A DNA stretch of 45,658 bases from the sequence record PQ423993.1; one strand, given 5' to 3'. A program made the position numbers and the translations under genes. Under the pieces are notes generated by a model. The model was not told where the DNA came from, ran no database searches, and saw nothing but the letters and a program-made list of their open reading frames with translations. Origin of the DNA: Escherichia phage vB_VIPECOMC04. Positions within the stretch are counted from its first letter, which is position 1; every line of letters begins with the position of its first letter. Shown piece after piece: positions 44,412 to 45,658 of the stretch.

Positions 44412-45658
44412 TTAAAGTGCGAAAGTCACCGGGATGTTGATTACTGGTTTAACCACCGGCATCTCGTAAACTACCGGATAGCCGAGAGCATCCGCCATAT
44501 GGTCAATGACGCCGTCTTTAGCCGGCTCTCCGTTATCGTCGTATGCCTGCTGCTCCAGCGTCTTGGCTATCTCGGGGCATAAGTGGTCGTTAACCCACAG
44601 CTTACCTTTTTCCAGCGCGGTATTCACGGCTAAAACACGGTCTTTAACCGGGGGGTTGGCAGATTTAGCGCGAACATCAAAACCGGCCTGCTGTAGTAAC
44701 GCGATATCTGAGATTGATGCCGAGTTGGTCTTGCGGTTCTTGCCGCTGGCGTCGGGGTAAACGACTATGCGGTGGCCTTGTGACTTCCACTTCTCAGTAA
44801 TCACTCTCACCGTGTCCGGCGTATCAAACATGCCTTTCAGTTCTGCTACTGCGTGCCACCCGTTCGGGCGTTGCACATACACGGCGCTGGCGTTCTTCGT
44901 AACGTTGAAGTCCTGCCCGATGTACAGCGTGTCGCCTGGCTGTATTGTCTCTTTGCTGCGGTGTTTACGGCGGTCGTATGCGTAATACACGCTGCCGGAT
45001 GTCAGGTTAACGAACTCACCATTCAGGTAGGCGTTAATCAGTTGCGCCGGGTAAGTCTCGGTTAGTGAGCTAATGTAATCCGGGGGGAGGAACCGCGCAT
45101 TCTCGTGTGTGGAAGCCTGCACCATTGAGTAACTAGGTGTCGGGTTCTCTTTGAACTTGGCATAGACGAACTTGAATCCCTCCGGTGTCGTGGTAACGGA
45201 GATGTGGTTTACCACTCCAGGGATAACCAGACGCATACGGGCTACGATTTTGTTCCACGCCAGTTCCGCTTTCTCGCGGCTCAGAACGTCCAGTTCATCC
45301 ACGACCGCCGCGGCGATTTTGAAGCCGACTATCGAGCCAGGATTATCCATCGAGCGGCAGATAACGGTCCCGAGCACCGTCTTTCCGCGAGTAACCACGA
45401 CTTCTTTGTCGCCAGATTTAACCAGTACATCAAGGCCGAGCAGGTTAGCTGCTTCCTCGAATGTCGGATAGAAGATGTCACGGATAGCGGGGTATGTTGG
45501 GCCGAAGTAGCCCAGGCGGGTACCGGGATGCTTGAGCATGAACGTAAGCAGGTCCAGACAGCCGACAAATGTCTTGCCGCTGCCGAAGCCCCCGACATAG
45601 GCCTTGTATTTATTGTCGCAATTCAGGAACAGTGCCTGTGGTGCGGATAGTTGAATAC
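44412..45658 (-). CDS. terL: terminase large subunit (N-terminal end runs off the window end)
   Basis: Frame stays open upstream of the track start to the window edge and encodes Walker A GGFGSGKT; Walker B AAVVDELD; C-terminal nuclease-like region. Confidence 0.85.
   Translation of the reverse strand, partial: IQLSAPQALFLNCDNKYKAYVGGFGSGKTFVGCLDLLTFMLKHPGTRLGYFGPTYPAIRDIFYPTFEEAANLLGLDVLVKSGDKEVVVTRGKTVLGTVICRSMDNPGSIVGFKIAAAVVDELDVLSREKAELAWNKIVARMRLVIPGVVNHISVTTTPEGFKFVYAKFKENPTPSYSMVQASTHENARFLPPDYISSLTETYPAQLINAYLNGEFVNLTSGSVYYAYDRRKHRSKETIQPGDTLYIGQDFNVTKNASAVYVQRPNGWHAVAELKGMFDTPDTVRVITEKWKSQGHRIVVYPDASGKNRKTNSASISDIALLQQAGFDVRAKSANPPVKDRVLAVNTALEKGKLWVNDHLCPEIAKTLEQQAYDDNGEPAKDGVIDHMADALGYPVVYEMPVVKPVINIPVTFAL

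Noticed and set aside
1-45658. Integrase, lysogeny module or CRISPR array
   Set aside because: No tyrosine or serine recombinase-like ORF and no regularly spaced direct repeats were found; the XRE regulator alone is not evidence of a temperate lifestyle.

Overview
The window reads as a nearly complete genome (about 45.7 kb) of a tailed dsDNA phage with siphovirus-type morphogenesis genes, linearised inside its terminase genes. A terminase small subunit start lies at 546..1 (minus strand) and a terminase large subunit fragment at 45658..44412; both run off opposite window edges. The minus strand carries many small genes, an HslV-like peptidase, a holin/endolysin cassette, and the full packaging-head-tail module (portal, Mu-F-like morphogenesis protein, scaffold, capsid, tail genes, tape measure, gpK/tip proteins, tail fiber with a C-terminal S74 chaperone). 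The plus strand (7.6-20.4 kb) carries the replication module: primase-polymerase/helicase, XRE regulator (divergent), Cas4-like exonuclease, T7 gp2.5-like SSB, family A DNA polymerase flanked by HNH endonucleases, VRR-NUC nuclease, C5-cytosine methyltransferase and SNF2 helicase. No integrase, tRNA or CRISPR array was recognised, so a virulent lifestyle is more likely. The most notable candidate is a stand-alone truncated beta sliding clamp (DnaN domain II plus the C-terminal pocket strand) at 39263..39784, with its own promoter and terminator inside the structural block. Other leads are a second plus-strand moron cassette (superinfection-immunity-like peptide plus HTH-metallophosphoesterase), a repeated promoter/operator palindrome (GAATAGT-N2-ACTATTC) at eight or more sites, a shared C-terminal EEDLE tail on three early proteins, a methyltransferase with motifs split between two reading frames, and four homing-endonuclease-like genes. 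All calls come from reading the sequence and recalled family motifs; no database search was run.
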